From an uncultured Gammaproteobacteria bacterium (GTDB lineage: Bacteria; Patescibacteriota; Microgenomatia; CAYQLK01): a DNA stretch of 64,000 bases. Under the pieces are notes generated by a model. It ran no database searches. It saw nothing but the letters and a program-made list of their open reading frames with translations, and was not told where the DNA came from. Below, piece after piece: positions 60,504-64,000 of this stretch. The position numbers were made by a program, and so were the translations under genes. Each line of letters begins with the position of its first letter. The first letter of the stretch is position 1. Where the stretch lies: NCBI GenBank assembly GCA_964445355.1, contig CAYUKQ010000001.1, positions 12,277 through 76,276 on the forward strand, given 5' to 3'.

Positions 60504-62337
60504 AGGAATTGCCCTAATAGAATTATTAATTGCGATTGCAATATCATCGATCATTATCGGTTTAGCGATTCAAGTCATGACTCTGGTTAGGTCTACTTTT
60601 TTATCATCAAATATCCGATATACATCTAGGGATTTACTTGATAGTACTGTTGATATTATCCGATCGATCAAAGAGTCTGATTGGGATATTCTCACAATTG
60701 ACGGAGTTTATCACCCGGTGATATCCGGAGAGCAATGGACTCTTACTCCTGGCGACGAACAGATCTCGGGAACCCAGTTTAATAGATCAGTTGAAATACT
60801 CAGTGTTTGTCGAGATGAATCACTTGCTGTGGTTACATGTCCAGCGGGCACGAACGACCCAGATTCCAGGACGGTAAATATTGATATTTCCTGGACTAGC
60901 CCAATTCCAGGATCAATCAGCAGTAGTCAGTTATTAACCAGGTACGCAGGCAATGGTTTTTGGAATCAGTCCACTACGACAGATTATAATTCAGGTGAAA
61001 AAAAGAACCTTCTTACCACCACTGTCGATGATGGGGAGTTGGCACTGGAATCAAACAACGGGCCGGGGTGGTCATCATCAAGTCGGGTAGGCAACATTAA
61101 TATTACTAACTCCCAAGTTGTGAATAGTCATTATATTTACGATAGTAAGCTTTTTCTTGTCAAAGACAATGATCCTGGTGGTCAAGAACTATTAATTTAC
61201 AGTCTGTCTAATCCGGCAAGTCCAGGACTTATTTCTGCAACCGAGCTTGGTGCAAACGGCAAAAAAATTATTGTTCAAAACGGTTATGCATATGTCGCCA
61301 CATCGGATGATAGCCAAGAATTAAAAATATTTAACATTTCCGACCCAACTTCACCTTTACCAATTGGTAATCTCAACTTAAGTGGTTCAACGGATGCCAC
61401 GAATCTCGCACTTTCTGGTTCTAGACTATATCTAATTAGAGCGCTTGATGTAACCGAGAACGAATTTTACACAATAAACATATCCAACCCCGCTCTTCCA
61501 TCACTTGTCTCCTCCCAAAATTTTACCGATACCATAAGTGATATTGCTGTCGACGGAAAATATGCTTATATATCAACATACATTAATAACGCCGAAGTAA
61601 CCGTGATCGATCTTACGATAAATTATCCTACAGACAATAATATTGTTGAAGAATACGACATCAGTGGCAATGAAGATACCAGAGCAATTAATTTTCTCTA
61701 CCCTAATATTTATGTTGCTTCATCGCAAAACAAGATCTACATTCTCAACGCCCAAAACCCCCAAGCTATTTCAGAGCTTACCCAGTTTAATCTTAATAAT
61801 ATCGGCGATATCTATATAGCAGACAATAAAGCATTTTTTACAGACTTAACTTCGGGCACAGGACTCTATATTTATGATATTTCAACACCTTCATCGCCCT
61901 CAAGTGTTGGTAATCATGCTGTAGGTGCTAACGCATATACAGTTATTACAAACGGCTCATATGCTTACGTACTTAACCAATCGAACTCTCGCGAGTTAAT
62001 CGTGGTTAATGGCGGCGGTACCGCAAACGTGACATATGGAGAATTTATTTCCCAAACTTTTGATACTGGTAATGGTTTGACTACAATTCAATCAGTTTCT
62101 TGGAATGCTGACTTGCCCGTCGGTACACAAATTGAATTTCAGATCGGCGTTAACTCACTCGGTTATGCGTTTGAGTTTGTTGGCCCGGACGGGACACCGG
62201 ACACCTATTTCACCTCCACAGGTTCTTACCCACTATCATCTTCCGATGGTCAATATATTAAGGTCAAGGCCATTCTGTCTGGTGACGGAACAGCCACACC
62301 AACCATTGAAGATATTAGATTAACTTATATACAGTGA
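60481..62337 (+). CDS. Minor pilin fused to LVIVD-repeat beta-propeller
   Basis: GIALIELL motif; repeated GYAYVA / IFNISDPTSP units. Confidence 0.8.
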   Translation: MAQLRLNKGIALIELLIAIAISSIIIGLAIQVMTLVRSTFLSSNIRYTSRDLLDSTVDIIRSIKESDWDILTIDGVYHPVISGEQWTLTPGDEQISGTQFNRSVEILSVCRDESLAVVTCPAGTNDPDSRTVNIDISWTSPIPGSISSSQLLTRYAGNGFWNQSTTTDYNSGEKKNLLTTTVDDGELALESNNGPGWSSSSRVGNINITNSQVVNSHYIYDSKLFLVKDNDPGGQELLIYSLSNPASPGLISATELGANGKKIIVQNGYAYVATSDDSQELKIFNISDPTSPLPIGNLNLSGSTDATNLALSGSRLYLIRALDVTENEFYTINISNPALPSLVSSQNFTDTISDIAVDGKYAYISTYINNAEVTVIDLTINYPTDNNIVEEYDISGNEDTRAINFLYPNIYVASSQNKIYILNAQNPQAISELTQFNLNNIGDIYIADNKAFFTDLTSGTGLYIYDISTPSSPSSVGNHAVGANAYTVITNGSYAYVLNQSNSRELIVVNGGGTANVTYGEFISQTFDTGNGLTTIQSVSWNADLPVGTQIEFQIGVNSLGYAFEFVGPDGTPDTYFTSTGSYPLSSSDGQYIKVKAILSGDGTATPTIEDIRLTYIQ

Positions 62338-62855
62338 TGAAAAATATAATAAACAGATTACGATTTTTTAAGGTTACCAGTCGCCAAGGCACAACATTTG
62401 TCGAGGTATTGCTATACATTGCATTGCTTTCAATCGTTATTGTTTTTATAACTGACATTATTCTACAAACGCTTAACTTTATGATTGAATCTCGGAATAT
62501 CTCCTATTTAGATTCGGACGCTCGATTTATTAGCACGAAGTTAAGAAACGATCTACGAAAAGCCGATACGATTTCAGTACCTACAACAATTGGAGAGACC
62601 TCCAATAGTATTACTTTTGAATATGAGAGCGATAACTATACTTATAGCCTTAGTGATGGAATTTTACAGATCACCGATCCGAATGGCACATACCGTATTA
62701 ATTCTGACCAAACTACGGTTAGCAGTTTTTCAGTTACAAATAGGAGTTATGCTCTTGGTGCCACTACGCTCGATTTTGATATAGTCTTAAATTCCAGAAC
62801 TGTTTCAAGCAGTATAGATCAAATTAACCTTAATTTTACTGTCAATAATCGATAA
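62334..62855 (+). CDS. Minor pilin (PilW/GspJ-like)
   Basis: GTTFVEVLLY motif. Confidence 0.78.
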   Translation: MMKNIINRLRFFKVTSRQGTTFVEVLLYIALLSIVIVFITDIILQTLNFMIESRNISYLDSDARFISTKLRNDLRKADTISVPTTIGETSNSITFEYESDNYTYSLSDGILQITDPNGTYRINSDQTTVSSFSVTNRSYALGATTLDFDIVLNSRTVSSSIDQINLNFTVNNR

Positions 62856-62860
62856 ATATA

Positions 62861-63238
62861 ATGAATAACAAAAATAATCTTGGATCAGCATTACTTGCAG
62901 TTATTATTGTTTCGGCCATAGCCACGGTAATTTTTACCTCCGCGTCAACCACCTTAATTGGACAGATGCTACAGTCGCAAACATCAATTAACAGTACTAG
63001 ATCATATCTACTCACAGAATCAGGGATCGAAGAAGCGATTCTTAACCTATTACGTAATCAAAATTATGCTGGTGGAACTTTTAATTTAGACAATAATGAG
63101 ATTACAATTAACGTAAGTGGATCAAACCCAAAAACTATTACATCGACAACGGGGTTTGGTAATACTAAAAGAACAATTGAGGTTGTTGTCTCATACTCTG
63201 AGAACAATTTGTCGGTAATTTCCTGGAAAGAAATATAA
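62861..63238 (+). CDS. PilX-like minor pilin
   Basis: GSALL hydrophobic N-terminus lacking Glu5; ESGIEEA; C-terminal W.E. Confidence 0.72.
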   Translation: MNNKNNLGSALLAVIIVSAIATVIFTSASTTLIGQMLQSQTSINSTRSYLLTESGIEEAILNLLRNQNYAGGTFNLDNNEITINVSGSNPKTITSTTGFGNTKRTIEVVVSYSENNLSVISWKEI

Positions 63239-63241
63239 TCT

Positions 63242-64000
63242 ATGTCCATACTGCCCAATAGTCAAATATCACTCCTTATCAATAAACAGAAACTGACCAT
63301 TTTTGAAAAAATTGGTGAAAACGGTAAGGTTATAGATTTTAATCAATCTAAAGAAAAAATTGTCAGTGAAATCAGCGCTGCAATCAATTCAAAACAATCT
63401 CCCAATAAACAAATTAATCTTAACCTAATTTTTGGTTCAGATTTAACCTTCATCTATTCATCAAAAAAGTCCCCGAGTGAGCTTTTTGTACTCTCTGATC
63501 AAGTTTTACCCTACACAACAGATGAAGCGGAATACTTTGTTTCACTTGGAAAAGCAGTGAATACATTATTTGCATGTCCTAATCCAGTCAAAAATCTGCT
63601 CTACGAATCACTGGGTAAGAATCTAATAATTATTAAGAATTATCCGTTAATTTTTTTATTTTCACCAAAATATTTAATTAAAATTCCTAATCAGTCCAGG
63701 TTTGTATTAACAGTCTTAGAAGTGAGTAATCAAATTTTTACAATGGTTAACTTCAAAGACGAGTTGGTGGATTTTCAAATTTATTCCAAATCAGACATTA
63801 ATTTATTGATTAATAATTTAGTTAAATATTACAATTCTGACCCTGACTTTAATATTCAAATAGATACTATCGTCGTTAACTCAGAAACTAATATTCAATT
63901 CGACAACATTCGAACTATAAGACTTACTCAAAACATTGAATCAATTGATAGTGTAATAATTTCAAATTTTCATAAGGCTAAGCACCCAACGCTGATTACA
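63242..64000 (+). CDS. Hypothetical protein, 3'-partial (possibly divergent PilM-like)
   Basis: ATG 3 bp after the preceding stop (MSILPNSQISLL...); frame appears open to the window end; product guessed from position only. Confidence 0.55.
   Translation, partial: MSILPNSQISLLINKQKLTIFEKIGENGKVIDFNQSKEKIVSEISAAINSKQSPNKQINLNLIFGSDLTFIYSSKKSPSELFVLSDQVLPYTTDEAEYFVSLGKAVNTLFACPNPVKNLLYESLGKNLIIIKNYPLIFLFSPKYLIKIPNQSRFVLTVLEVSNQIFTMVNFKDELVDFQIYSKSDINLLINNLVKYYNSDPDFNIQIDTIVVNSETNIQFDNIRTIRLTQNIESIDSVIISNFHKAKHPTLIT

Noticed and set aside
1-64000. CRISPR array, rRNA, transposase or prophage
   Set aside because: No regularly spaced repeats or recognisable hallmark genes seen
1-64000. Alternative genetic code (TGA = Gly, code 25)
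   Set aside because: Conserved genes such as gltX, lon and lgt end at TGA at their expected lengths and have no internal TGA

Overview
AT-rich, gene-dense bacterial chromosome segment read in the standard code (TGA acts as stop). The gene content suggests a Patescibacteria/CPR genome, probably Microgenomates-like; this is an inference. It includes a short Rel, a compact AspRS, gltX/lysS/serS, secA, lon, K+-independent HppA, a class II RNR with nrdR, class I aldolase, a VirD4/VirB4-like ATPase, a type IV pilus cluster and many membrane-anchored hypotheticals. Two tRNAs are present (Gln-CTG, Glu-CTC). The main discovery candidate is a compact RiPP-like locus at about 19.3-23.6 kb: two related Ser/Cys-rich precursor-like peptides (one missing from the ORF track), a stand-alone YcaO, a SagB-type dehydrogenase and a closely linked ABC-F protein that could give ribosome-protection immunity. 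Other notable points are a VKOR-dihydroorotate dehydrogenase fusion, a duplicated tRNA-Gln 5' end, pervasive leaderless-style starts alongside GC-rich promoter-SD-ORF-terminator units, a greA leader attenuator candidate, tandem NrdR boxes and a Lit-like gene coupled to lgt. All family assignments come from motif recognition by eye, not from database searches.
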